Part shown: positions 31,427 to 41,664 of the stretch, piece after piece
How the letters are laid out: every line of letters starts with the position of its first letter
Position numbering within the stretch: the first letter of the stretch is position 1
Notes under the pieces: generated by a model
What the model was told of the DNA's origin: nothing
Databases searched by the model: none
What the model saw: the letters and a program-made list of their open reading frames with translations, nothing else
Translations under genes and position numbers: made by a program
From: Trypanosoma brucei
Taxonomy: Eukaryota
Assembly: GCA_000002445.1 (NCBI GenBank)
Contig: CM000208.1
Coordinates: forward strand, 3,008,001-3,072,000
Reading direction: 5' to 3'
DNA: 64,000 bases

Positions 31427-32947
31427 CTACGACCCCTCCATAACAGTTGATCGACTACTCGCATTGTCCCTTCGAGATAACTCCACTTCAGTAGCATCAC
31501 GAATGCGGGCAATTAGCAGACTTGTTGATATCCCTTCCGTACGTGGTGCTGTCCGAAGAATACCCATTCTGCGTGGCACTGCATAATACGTGTCATCAGG
31601 GCGGTTGTATTCATCACCACACACCACCACGTGAATATTGTAGCGTTTGATCATTTCTTCAGTGACGCCGGTAACAGGGCTGTTCCGAATAACCTGTGAA
31701 ACAAACTTACACATCTTTACTTCATTCACCCTTTCATCGACTGTCATGATTGGCCGTCGTTTGTACGCTTCGCATTCATCATCTCCACAAACACCAACAA
31801 TGAGGCGATTGCCGTAGAGAAGAGCATTCTGCAGGAAGTTCTTATGTCCCGCATGACACAAGTCAAAAACACCATCACAGAACACATTTCTCACAGGCGC
31901 GAAAAGGGGAATACGCGCGGAATATGACAGATCCGCCATCATCCCAATAACGTACAGGATCGATGCGCCTATGGAAAGAATATCGTTAAATACGGATCCC
32001 ACACAAATACAAATGACGGCCGCATGCACCCGCCTGCCGGAAACGTTGCTCACATGCACCTCCGTTGAAAGTAAACCAACAGCAAGAGATCCACTGATAA
32101 GACTGAATACATTGTTGTTAGTGAAAGAAAAGATATTGAACAGCGGCACCACACGAGTGGCCAAACACACGGCAATCGCCGCCTTATGTTTCTTCTCCAT
32201 CTTCAGAAGCAACAAGTTTGTGAAGCTCACCATGACAAGGAATATGAATGCATCTCTCAAAAAGTTTGGATAGACTGGACTGTAAAAGTTCATATCCGGA
32301 AATACCACTCTTGCAATCAACGCGCAGAGAATTAGGAAGGAAAGTTCCGAGTCACGAAAGCAATACGTCAGGTGATAAACAACTGTCTTCGCCTTCCCTC
32401 CTCTCAGATTTTCAGCGCTTATGCGTCCCAGCACCGTGTTGAATTCGATCAGTTGCAGTACCATTAGAGCATACCACTGTGTTGAGATATCAACTATATT
32501 GAACGCTTTCATGAGCGTCAGAGCAAAGAAAATGCGCAGAACACTACTGCAGACACGAGAAAATATGTCACCCAGTGGCGTAGCGGAGCGGCACCGCCTT
32601 GCGTGCACACCATCCAACGCACCGCACATGATAGCTACAACACATAACAAAGACGACATTAATATGGGCCCAGTTGCCGCTGCAGTGTGTGACTGAGGGG
32701 TTTGGTCATAGTACTCGCTGAGGATCTGGTATGACTGCACGGAGCTCATTAAACCCACTAATGTAATGGTGTTGGGTGCCACGGCCTCCGGCACAAAAGT
32801 GCTATCTAAAAAAACCCAAAGTGAGTGGAGCACCAACGTCACAAAACTAACGGGACGCGTCTCAACACTTGTATCTGCATGTGCGACGCGGTCCCGCTCC
32901 AGAGGTGTAAAAAAAAAACTGTGGTCACTCAGGTAGTGGGATACCAT
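31427..32947 (-). CDS. Choline/ethanolamine-phosphate cytidylyltransferase (C-terminal about 170 aa) fused to an N-terminal multi-pass CDP-alcohol-phosphotransferase-like membrane domain (506 aa)
   Basis: C-terminal domain: HxGH nucleotidyltransferase motif (GVFDLCHAGHKNFL) and the CCT/ECT signature RTEGISTSLLIARI. N-terminal domain: the CAPT-family entry motif VAPNTITLVGL and a partial DG-x2-AR-x8-G-x3-D-x3-D motif (ALDGVHARRCRSATPLGDIFSRVCSS), with about 7 hydrophobic helices. Confidence 0.8.
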   Translation of the reverse strand: MVSHYLSDHSFFFTPLERDRVAHADTSVETRPVSFVTLVLHSLWVFLDSTFVPEAVAPNTITLVGLMSSVQSYQILSEYYDQTPQSHTAAATGPILMSSLLCVVAIMCGALDGVHARRCRSATPLGDIFSRVCSSVLRIFFALTLMKAFNIVDISTQWYALMVLQLIEFNTVLGRISAENLRGGKAKTVVYHLTYCFRDSELSFLILCALIARVVFPDMNFYSPVYPNFLRDAFIFLVMVSFTNLLLLKMEKKHKAAIAVCLATRVVPLFNIFSFTNNNVFSLISGSLAVGLLSTEVHVSNVSGRRVHAAVICICVGSVFNDILSIGASILYVIGMMADLSYSARIPLFAPVRNVFCDGVFDLCHAGHKNFLQNALLYGNRLIVGVCGDDECEAYKRRPIMTVDERVNEVKMCKFVSQVIRNSPVTGVTEEMIKRYNIHVVVCGDEYNRPDDTYYAVPRRMGILRTAPRTEGISTSLLIARIRDATEVELSRRDNASSRSTVMEGS

Positions 32948-34733
32948 TGACCACGTAGCTTCAAATCAGTTAGCGTTCAGGAGTGAAACGGCAAAAGAAG
33001 GAAAAAAGAAAGATATATACGTGCGTTAGGAAAAACGAATTCGAAAACAGAGGTAAAACGGCTTTTCAGCGGAACATTATATTCGAAAGTGTTTGCTCCT
33101 GATAGATATGCAAAAAACGATTTATGTGTACGCCCACCTACAGGTGCTTACACGCTTGCAAAAGTGATGCAATGCTGAGTTGCGGCAGAAAAAGAGAGCA
33201 CTTCCGAATAGCCCCCTTCCTGCCACATATACACATATACGCTGTTTGAGAAAGAAACTACGAGGATACTTTTGCGTCATCATGTGCCTACTAGAGGTAG
33301 TGCATATTGACGTGCCCCCCCAAAAAAAAGTGTAAAGAATGGGAGCCAAACGTTTTCTCTAGCGAAGAAAAAAAAAGAAAGAGAGAGAGCTAAAGAGGGA
33401 TATCTTAGAGGCAGTGACACTCGTAGACATTTAGACAAGCAAGCAAACACGGTAATAAATGTACATGGCATGAAGGAGTGCACAGAAAGCGAGTAGTCTG
33501 ACCCGTGAGTCATGGGTACAGAACATATATGATTTCAAACGGTTATGATCAAGTATAAATGACCAGGACTGCAAGCGAATAAATCAAAGTTAAAAGGAAA
33601 AAAAAGCAAGGCAAGGGAGACGAAAGATAAAAGAAGAGAAAAAAAAAGAGGGACACAAAGTCCGGCAGGTCAATATAAAAGTTTATTTGTTTACTCCACT
33701 TCTCTCCGGCATCGAAACTTTTTCCTCATTGATCCTCTTACTGGAAGAAGCGTTACATGAGGAGCGAATACAAATATAAAATAGGAATCAAGTATATCAT
33801 AGGGGGGAAGGGAAGGCTAAAGGAAAAGAATGCCATTCAAAGGAAACAGCCCCTTCCTTTTGTACAGATACACACATATACAAATACTTAATGTGAAATA
33901 ACAGCCCGAATGCTCGCAATTTATCATACATTGGTCTAACAAACTGTGCAGAACCACCAGATCCCGGAGCATATATTTATATACAAATGTATGTCACGGA
34001 AATTCGCCACTTATCTTAGGTTATACCGCCTGACTGTGCGTATTTCCTCCTCCCCCCCCTTTCTCGCTTTCTTTACTACCCCTTCACATATCTCTGATGT
34101 TGTGGTGCCGCTGAATCATTGCCTGTACACTTATTTCTGTGATCCTTAAGTCAGTGCTCAAGTTTGCAATTTGTTGCGTTTGCAGAGATGCACACCAAAC
34201 GTGCAGAGTCCCCTCCCCCAGAAAAAAAAAACAGAATGAAATTATGAAAAACAAAACACCATTAAAAATCATTCAAAATATTAAACAATGACCCCGCCCC
34301 CCCCTCCATATATACACCGAAACAAAAGTATGAAATAGTGGTAAGGGGCAAACGAGACCGACGAGACGGAACATGACCCTTCATCTATTATTCCACGCAC
34401 TCCAATCAGGTCTGCAAATCACAAAATACATCCAACTACTGCCATTAGTGGTATATCGGTTCCCCATTAATTAATTCTTCTGCTTTCTTTCTCTTTTTCT
34501 GTTCTCCCCCTCTCCCTACCTTTTACATATTTTGCTTTTTTCCCTCTTGGGCAACCTTTTATTTCAGTTTAATACATCATTTCCACCACCGCAGTTCAAT
34601 AACAGGTCCTGAAGTACATGTATTACATAGCGCGGCAATGACGCCATCATCCCGTATCAATTAATCCATTTGTTTGTGTGCTTCCTTCTGTATCTATTTC
34701 GTAAGGAGGCTCACAGTCCAGTTGGTTTCACAG

Positions 34734-37700
34734 TTACTTGGTTACCTTTCGTTTGATGCGCACCATCGCCGTTACTGCTTTGCGCAGTTCATCCGCTTTG
34801 CGGTCCCACACGGATCCCAGCGTACATCCGTTACCATCCACCACTTGCACGGTACTGTTCGGCCCAGCGTCCCTCACGCGATTCACCACACCAACGGAGA
34901 ATCCCGGAATGCCATGAATCGGTTGCGTGTCATACCCCAGTAAGGTCATAGTGATTGGTTTGTTGTTCACCATGGCATCGCGGCATGCTTCGAAGAAGGT
35001 TCCAGCTGCCGCAAAGTCCACTACTGATGCTTCCAATGGAATGAGAAGCCGCTCGAACGCCGTGTTTGCAAAGTCAACAATCTCTTTGCTGTCAAGGCGG
35101 CTCGCGACGGCTGTGTCCGGAACAGAGAATGTCGTTTTAGTGTACAGGAAGTCCTCAGAGGAGTACTGCCCAGTGCCACTTACGGAAGTGGAGCCATCAC
35201 CACCGCACATCTCGGAAGCAACGAGGGCCAAGCAATGAAAGGCTGGCCAAACACTCGGCTTAAAGGGATGGTGCACAATTGAGTGGGACATGTCATAGCC
35301 GTACGTTCCAACGTAGTTGTCGCCCTGCCTGGCCGTAGTGAGCAGGAGCGTGCCACGGGCGCGCAGCGATATTGAATCCACGGCAGCCAAGGCATCGAAA
35401 AGTACGTTCAGTGGGCAGACCCAAGCACGAAGAAACGCCTCGTGGTTTGCGTCACTAAGCGTGACAACAGCGCGCTCTTTGTCGTAGCTCAGAACAATGG
35501 CGTACGGTCCCCCAGAACCTCCATTCCATACCTCTCTATTGGCTTGTATAACAGCGGGGTCGAAGTTCACAATGAGGCAACGTTCCTTGGGGGCCTCTAA
35601 CGCAGAGAGAATTTGGCCAACAAGTGCTTCAGGAGTGGAGTGCTTAACGTCCTTGTCCATGTGTGTCGTGAAGACACTCACCTTGTCCCCCAGATGATTG
35701 TGGGAGTAGTTCCTCGCGACAGTCGCTGCACTTTCCAATGGCAAATGTGCGGACAACATGAAAGAAGTATGGAATCCACTGAGGTTAGCCACAGTTTCCA
35801 CGTTTGCATCGAAGCCGAGAGTATCTAAAGCTTCAGCAAGGATTGTCACAACATAATTCTTTTTCGGATATTCAAAACGAAGGAGTCGCATTGTGGGTGG
35901 AAGTGAGTACCGAGCATCACTCAAAATGGAATCCTCGAACTGTTGGGCGCTGAGTTTGGAAATAGTGTCTGGCGACTTGGCAGCCAATATATAACCGTAC
36001 CCAATCACGGCAGAATACAGCCGGGGAAGTGGCACGTTCCATGTCTTACGGTACTTCTTCACACTGACGTCAGCGAGCCGAACGACCCCCTGCTCTGCAT
36101 CGAAGCCAATAACAATGGCAAAGTGACAAGGTTCGGCACGTTGGTCCACCATGACATTCAATGCAATGTTAACATTAAAGCCAATAAGCATAACACTTTT
36201 GGTTTTCACAACGAGATCAATATGTGCCATGAAAGTGTCATCTGTGATGTTTACTGGTCCATCTGCAGCATCCCCACGACGGTTAATGAGCACAACACCA
36301 AGTGCAACAGCGTCGGCGAGGTTCAACTTCTTAAGAAACACCCTGTACCAGCTAAAGGCCCTGCAAACAGAAACCTTGGTGCTGTTACCAACAATGGTGG
36401 CAATGTCAAGGTTGAGTACCTGGCACAATTTTGTAACGGGAATACCACGCAGTTTACCGCGGTCTAGTGCGCTACCAACGCCACTTTCCCGGTGTTTTCC
36501 TTGGTTCAGAAGAGTGCATGAGACAAGGTGGTGCATTAATGCGAGGCCAACTATGTGTGGTGCGATGGAGGCGTCAACCGCAGTCATTAATAACCCGCCA
36601 CTGAGGGAACCATCGAGCATGCCCAGCGGGAATATGGAAGGTACTTTTTCCATGTGTCGTTCGCTCACAAAGACGCGAACGAATCCACGGGATCGATTGC
36701 AGTATCCGTCCTTCACGCACAACGCATTGTAGAGCGTTTGTAGAGGAACGCCATGCTCCTCAACAACAATACGGCCATCCTCCAACAAAAGTGGCACCCC
36801 GAAACTAACAGAGTGCAGGGCAGGCCTGAAATCAGTAATCAGGGCAAAGGTGCCTTGGTTCTTGGCCGACCAACGTGGTTTTATTGGGTCTGGTAAACCC
36901 TCGCCATCGGGGTTCTCAGTGTAGTTCAGGCGCATCCTTATTTCGTGTTGTTCAATCAAGTAAGGATCAAAGTTTATTATATACATTGGGTTTTCCTCAT
37001 TTTGAGACAGCTCCTTGCGAAACTGGGACAAAGTTCGGATGGTGGCTTGTTCCTCCGCACCCATCCCATCACACGACTCATCTACTGCTTCCGTGTCAAA
37101 TGTAACCACCTCACAGCGAGTCTTGGTCCTCAGCATTGCCGGATGACCTTCTACGAACTCATTCGTCACATCAAATAGTTCAGCGAGTGTAACAGACGGA
37201 AAGGATACGTAGTGCATTGCCAAACGGTTTTGGCGAAGGATGTCTTCGATTGTTATCTTCTCACCGGATACATAGCTGCACGCAAGTGCAATGCTGAGTA
37301 ACCAAGCGCATGGCGCATTGGCCAACTCGTTTACGTCGTTCGAATCAGGTTGTGTTAACATCGGCTTTAAGAATTCCTGCAGTTTTTGCTTCGCGGCCTG
37401 GGCTTTACGGCGGTTGTTCAGAGCATCGGTATGCTCAGGAGATTTAGCAGCAGTTAGCACCACCTTTTTGGAGTGAGCACCGGTAGCGGTGGCGCCGGCC
37501 GCTGTCGATCCCGCAAGTGGCGGAAGAAAGCTGGAGTTGGCTGCGGTGGCGGTTGCACCTGGATCTAAAGTGGGTCGCTGAACGTTGAAGCGAGCCCCTC
37601 GTCCAATCGCCATGGCCGAGGCTGATGGGCTGACTGCAGTTTCGGATGCCAAACGACCCTCACGCCCATCTGCAGTGACACAAGGCGCAAGCTTCTTGAT

Positions 37701-37835
37701 GTCGGAATGCATCAGATCCAGCTTTGCCTGGATTGATTGCAACCTTTCATCCAAAGATTCTGGTTTGGCTCCCATTGTAACAAAGCTGTTTTCTGGTGGT
37801 GCTTCGCGGAAAAGATGCCAGAAATAATTCGACAC
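34734..37835 (-). CDS. Large protein (1033 aa) made of four tandem, divergent phytochelatin-synthase-like (papain-fold, peptidase C83-like) repeats
   Basis: Repeat segments resemble the plant PCS N-terminal catalytic domain ([40 protein letters not shown]). Repeat 2: CHFAIVIGFDAEQGVVRLADVSVKKYRKTWNVPLPRLYSAV. Repeat 3: GPYAIVLSYDKERAVVTLSDANHEAFLRAWVCPLNVLFDAL. Repeat 1: QHEIRMRLNYTENPD...ALITDF...VPLLLED, plus a Cys-containing CAWLLSIALA (compare YCGLASLSVV). Repeat 4: ITMTLLGYDTQPIHGIPGFSVGVVNRV. Confidence 0.65.
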   Translation of the reverse strand: MSNYFWHLFREAPPENSFVTMGAKPESLDERLQSIQAKLDLMHSDIKKLAPCVTADGREGRLASETAVSPSASAMAIGRGARFNVQRPTLDPGATATAANSSFLPPLAGSTAAGATATGAHSKKVVLTAAKSPEHTDALNNRRKAQAAKQKLQEFLKPMLTQPDSNDVNELANAPCAWLLSIALACSYVSGEKITIEDILRQNRLAMHYVSFPSVTLAELFDVTNEFVEGHPAMLRTKTRCEVVTFDTEAVDESCDGMGAEEQATIRTLSQFRKELSQNEENPMYIINFDPYLIEQHEIRMRLNYTENPDGEGLPDPIKPRWSAKNQGTFALITDFRPALHSVSFGVPLLLEDGRIVVEEHGVPLQTLYNALCVKDGYCNRSRGFVRVFVSERHMEKVPSIFPLGMLDGSLSGGLLMTAVDASIAPHIVGLALMHHLVSCTLLNQGKHRESGVGSALDRGKLRGIPVTKLCQVLNLDIATIVGNSTKVSVCRAFSWYRVFLKKLNLADAVALGVVLINRRGDAADGPVNITDDTFMAHIDLVVKTKSVMLIGFNVNIALNVMVDQRAEPCHFAIVIGFDAEQGVVRLADVSVKKYRKTWNVPLPRLYSAVIGYGYILAAKSPDTISKLSAQQFEDSILSDARYSLPPTMRLLRFEYPKKNYVVTILAEALDTLGFDANVETVANLSGFHTSFMLSAHLPLESAATVARNYSHNHLGDKVSVFTTHMDKDVKHSTPEALVGQILSALEAPKERCLIVNFDPAVIQANREVWNGGSGGPYAIVLSYDKERAVVTLSDANHEAFLRAWVCPLNVLFDALAAVDSISLRARGTLLLTTARQGDNYVGTYGYDMSHSIVHHPFKPSVWPAFHCLALVASEMCGGDGSTSVSGTGQYSSEDFLYTKTTFSVPDTAVASRLDSKEIVDFANTAFERLLIPLEASVVDFAAAGTFFEACRDAMVNNKPITMTLLGYDTQPIHGIPGFSVGVVNRVRDAGPNSTVQVVDGNGCTLGSVWDRKADELRKAVTAMVRIKRKVTK

Positions 37836-38274
37836 GCAGTTTTAACCAATTGAAAGGAAGAGAGAGGCATTAACACCAGCGGTGTAATATCAGAAAGACA
37901 GAATGACACGGAAGTGTGAACGGCAGTATTACGTGTCCACTACGCACAAAAAAAATTTAGTGAGTGAGACATTAATGACACAATAATTGCAACAATGCAA
38001 TCCCCCCTCTTCACGCACGAGGCCGGATTTCAGCAGTTTCCACATGTTTTCTTGCTTTTACCTCTCCCTCCATTTTTAATAATGAAACTAACTACGGAGA
38101 TGGCCACCTGAACCCACATCACCCTACAATCGTACGAAACACATGATCAGAACCCAGCAATGGTAAACAGACGTATATTTCAGCGGAAAGTACAACATTA
38201 TTCAAGATACCATAAGTCACATTGATGGCGGTTAATAAATTAAAGCCTTCACGGTCGCGACTAACGACGTGAGT

Positions 38275-39285
38275 TTAACTTCTGAATAACTCAATATCAG
38301 CAACGCGCGCAAGGTCCTCATCAAGTCCCACAATTTCGCCGCCGTCCGTCAAATCCGTGCGCAACCCAACCGAACCTGTGCTTGCCTGTTTATACCGACA
38401 GACTCCATGTTGAAGCACAGCATTACCTAGACTGCTAAAGTCGCCACGCCTAATAACCAAGAGCATGCCATCGTGCAGTCTGGCATCAAACATATAAAAG
38501 CCACGTATCACACGTACCCGCATAAAACCTCTTGAAGAATAAAAACGCAACAACGCTTCATCTGATGCCAAGCAATGTAACCAGACTTCCGCCACACCGC
38601 AGCGAAGGTTCGAGTGGCCGGAATCGATCGGTCTGTCAGGGAGTGTTTTGGGGTCCCTTGGAGGGTTATTCAGCTGCTCACTATGGCTTTCTATTCCAAG
38701 ACGCTGCTGCAAAAAACTTGAAACAGCTGTAAAAAAACTTTTCAGCACCGGAGCGAGCGCTTTGCCAAAGGAGAGACCACCATTTCCTGCCCGAATGAGA
38801 GGCGGCACAGGAATATTGAAGAACATGTATGTTAAAAATCGTGTCAGTAAAAGTTCCCCAACACCGCGACGGCGGAGTCTTGGATCCACGGCAAACGACA
38901 TCAAATAGCCCGTCGGTGATGGCTCCAACTGGCCGTCTTCGTACCGTTTATGGCCGAGTTGACCAATACAGAAACCAGCCAGACAGGAGTATACCAAAGG
39001 GGGTTCAACAACCCCAGCTTCCGTAGACAATTCTGTTTCCACTCCACTATGCGTGTCATGGGGATCCATGACGACATCTCTATGAGATACATGCGCAACA
39101 ATAGCCACAGACGATCCTGAGCGCAGCCAATTGTAGTAATCGTCCGGATATTCGACAGGGAAAGATATGGCGTGGAGCGCCTGTATGCTTTCCATGTCGC
39201 TCTCTGCAATTCCCCAGCTAAGATGCACTGTTAATGGTCTTCCCCCATTACGACTCGGGAGTGCAACAAGCTCCACTGCGCTCAT
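38275..39285 (-). CDS. GNAT-family N-alpha-acetyltransferase (Naa50/Naa60-like) with an internal insertion and a C-terminal extension (336 aa)
   Basis: AISFPVEYPDDYYNWL matches Naa50 (VIFPVSYNDKFYKDV). Acetyl-CoA-binding motif A: SFAVDPRLRRRGVGELLLTRF. Putative motif B, displaced about 120 residues downstream: WLHCLASDEALLRFYSSRGFMRVRV. Confidence 0.72.
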   Translation of the reverse strand: MSAVELVALPSRNGGRPLTVHLSWGIAESDMESIQALHAISFPVEYPDDYYNWLRSGSSVAIVAHVSHRDVVMDPHDTHSGVETELSTEAGVVEPPLVYSCLAGFCIGQLGHKRYEDGQLEPSPTGYLMSFAVDPRLRRRGVGELLLTRFLTYMFFNIPVPPLIRAGNGGLSFGKALAPVLKSFFTAVSSFLQQRLGIESHSEQLNNPPRDPKTLPDRPIDSGHSNLRCGVAEVWLHCLASDEALLRFYSSRGFMRVRVIRGFYMFDARLHDGMLLVIRRGDFSSLGNAVLQHGVCRYKQASTGSVGLRTDLTDGGEIVGLDEDLARVADIELFRS

Positions 39286-40410
39286 TTACACCTCATGGAT
39301 GAATAAAAAAGAGAATGAGGATAGCGGAAAGCACTACAAGATAAAGAAATTAATAACGTGGCAGTCCAGGCTTGAAATGACTAAAGGAAATAACGGCAGG
39401 TTTCTACACCCAAAGCAAAGGTGCGGGAACTCCACCAACTAGCATCCTCTCTTTATCTCCTAACCGGAAGCACATGATTTCATGGCTTAACTCACCAGTA
39501 ATGTCGTTGTATGTTTTTTTTTTAAAAAAAAAAGAAGATAAAAAAGATATAAGAAATTGTGTTAAACAAACCATGTGCTTATTTTTCACCATTACAATCT
39601 ATGTAACAATTAGCATATACATATGAGCGCTCAATTAGCCTACCGATAACTAAAGAAAAAGAAACAAGAAAGGGAGAGGACAACAATACAACAACAACCA
39701 CTCTTCGCCTTTACACACACACATTCGCTTATTCCTTCCTATTAAACGCCCCTTCACTTCTCTTTTTTTGTTATTCCACTGAAAAGTGATCATATGTAGA
39801 GAGTTGCCTCGTATATAATTTCCTTTGTAGTTGGTTTATTTATTCCGTTGTCTTCACCACATTTTCCTTTTTTTTTTTTACAGTTTTTTTTCTTTTTCAG
39901 ATCGTGGATGCAAGAAGGTTTGCGGCAACTCTTCTTTCCCGTCTCCGTACGCTCCTGATCCTATACCTTCTATAGTTAAATTAATTCGTTCACAAATGGG
40001 CACATCACCTCATCCCCTCCCTGAAAAAAAAAAAGAATAAAATGAATTTAAAAAAAGATAAGATTAGGAGAAAAAAAAAATGACGCCCATGTAAATAATC
40101 TTTTCGTATCTCATCCACCCGTATTCATCACATAACCTCAAATTTCCCCCTCCCCCGTCCGAGCGTTAAGTTGAAAAGTTACCAGGAGCGGAACCATTAT
40201 CATGGTGTTTAAACACGTACACACAAACACACACATATATATATATACGTATATATGAAGTCAAAGTGAGAAAAACAGAGGAAGAAACTCTCCAAAAAAA
40301 AAAAAGATAAGCGATCAAGTACAAAACAAAAGAAAGTGTCAGAAGAGTCACAGCTGAACCACAATTTGGTCTCTTGTCGCTTTGTCTCTTTTTCATCTTC
40401 AAAGCCCAGT

Positions 40411-40437
40411 ACACACACACACACACACACACACACA
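40411..40437. repeat. (AC)13 microsatellite. A second (AC)n/(TA)n patch lies at about 40210-40255.
   Basis: Read directly from the sequence. Confidence 0.95.
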
Positions 40438-40749
40438 AGGCATTACTAAAAAGCGGAGTTATCATCAGCTCTTGTCTCGTCGTGTGAGGATATTCGAACA
40501 CAAAGTAATCGATTTCGAAAAACAACAGTAAAAAAAAACGAAGCAAAAAAAAAAAGCTGCCAAAAACGGCAACATCTCGTACAGATTGTCCCCTTCACTT
40601 ATTCGCTCCTCCAGTACTTAGAAAAAAAAAGGAAATCAGAACATACACACACAGACACTCATACATGTCGCCGCTTCATGTTTCTAACATAACGTGACGC
40701 AGTGATTTATTCACACTATTACAATAAGTAAAGGGGACTTAATGAGACA

Positions 40750-41664
40750 CTACTGCTTTGCCTGAAGCTTGGCGGCACGCCACCCCTTCACCTTTCTTGT
40801 GATGTATTCAATTGTGAAGAAGCACACCACTGTGTGTGTCGCACAGCGGAAAAAGTACGGCGCGAAGGAGTCGTACACCGCCAATGCCCCCTCCTCACGA
40901 ACGACTCGTCCTATCGTCTGAGTCACACTCTTATACTTTGCTTTGGTGGTATCAGCGGACATACGTACACGTGCGAATTCAACTGGCATCGTGATAACGG
41001 AATAAAACAATGCTGTAAGGATGCTCGCTGCATTGACGACAATGTTGTCTCCGTATGGTTGGGTTCCGTGCAATTGAGAGTAGGAAACATTACGACGCCG
41101 CAACGCGGAAAGGACTTGATCATGCACAGCGACTTGGGCAACGCCCACCAGTGCTGCACGAGAAGCAAGGGCACTGACACCACGCCAATATCCCGTGATT
41201 CCGTTAGTTGAGTATACGGTAATCGCCGCACGCGTCAACGACTGCTTCGATGCACCGGTCATTTGCAGAACGAGACAAACCTCCACTGGGGAAGTGAGGA
41301 TACTGGAAAAGACACCAGCCAGGGCGCCAGCAAGTGCACGCTCGGCAACTGTTGGCATGCCGTCGGCGTCACCCTTCAGAGACATGATGGCATCACGAAA
41401 TATGGGATAACACCCAAGTCTTGCAGGAGCGTACACGGCCTGGCGGAGGATTCCCGTAGACAAACCCCTGAATGGTCCACGTTCCCACACCTTAACCAAA
41501 CATTCCTTCTGTGAGGTACCTTTGGGTGCAGTCATCACCGTATTCTTCCACATTTCATAAGGGTGCGTGAACAACCATGCAAACATGCCGGAAAAACCAG
41601 CAATCCCGATCGTGTAGACCTTAGGAAGGGGCGCATTCGCGGGCGCCTTTGTCTCTTTCGACAT
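40750..41664 (-). CDS. MCP12: Mitochondrial carrier family (SLC25) protein, 304 aa
   Basis: Three carrier signature repeats P-x-[DE]-x-x-[KR] (HPYEMWKN, SPVEVCLVLQ, MPVEFARVRM) and six hydrophobic helices. The symbol comes from the remembered T. brucei synteny (HSP110...TRF neighbourhood) and is only moderately certain. Confidence 0.82.
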   Translation of the reverse strand: MSKETKAPANAPLPKVYTIGIAGFSGMFAWLFTHPYEMWKNTVMTAPKGTSQKECLVKVWERGPFRGLSTGILRQAVYAPARLGCYPIFRDAIMSLKGDADGMPTVAERALAGALAGVFSSILTSPVEVCLVLQMTGASKQSLTRAAITVYSTNGITGYWRGVSALASRAALVGVAQVAVHDQVLSALRRRNVSYSQLHGTQPYGDNIVVNAASILTALFYSVITMPVEFARVRMSADTTKAKYKSVTQTIGRVVREEGALAVYDSFAPYFFRCATHTVVCFFTIEYITRKVKGWRAAKLQAKQ

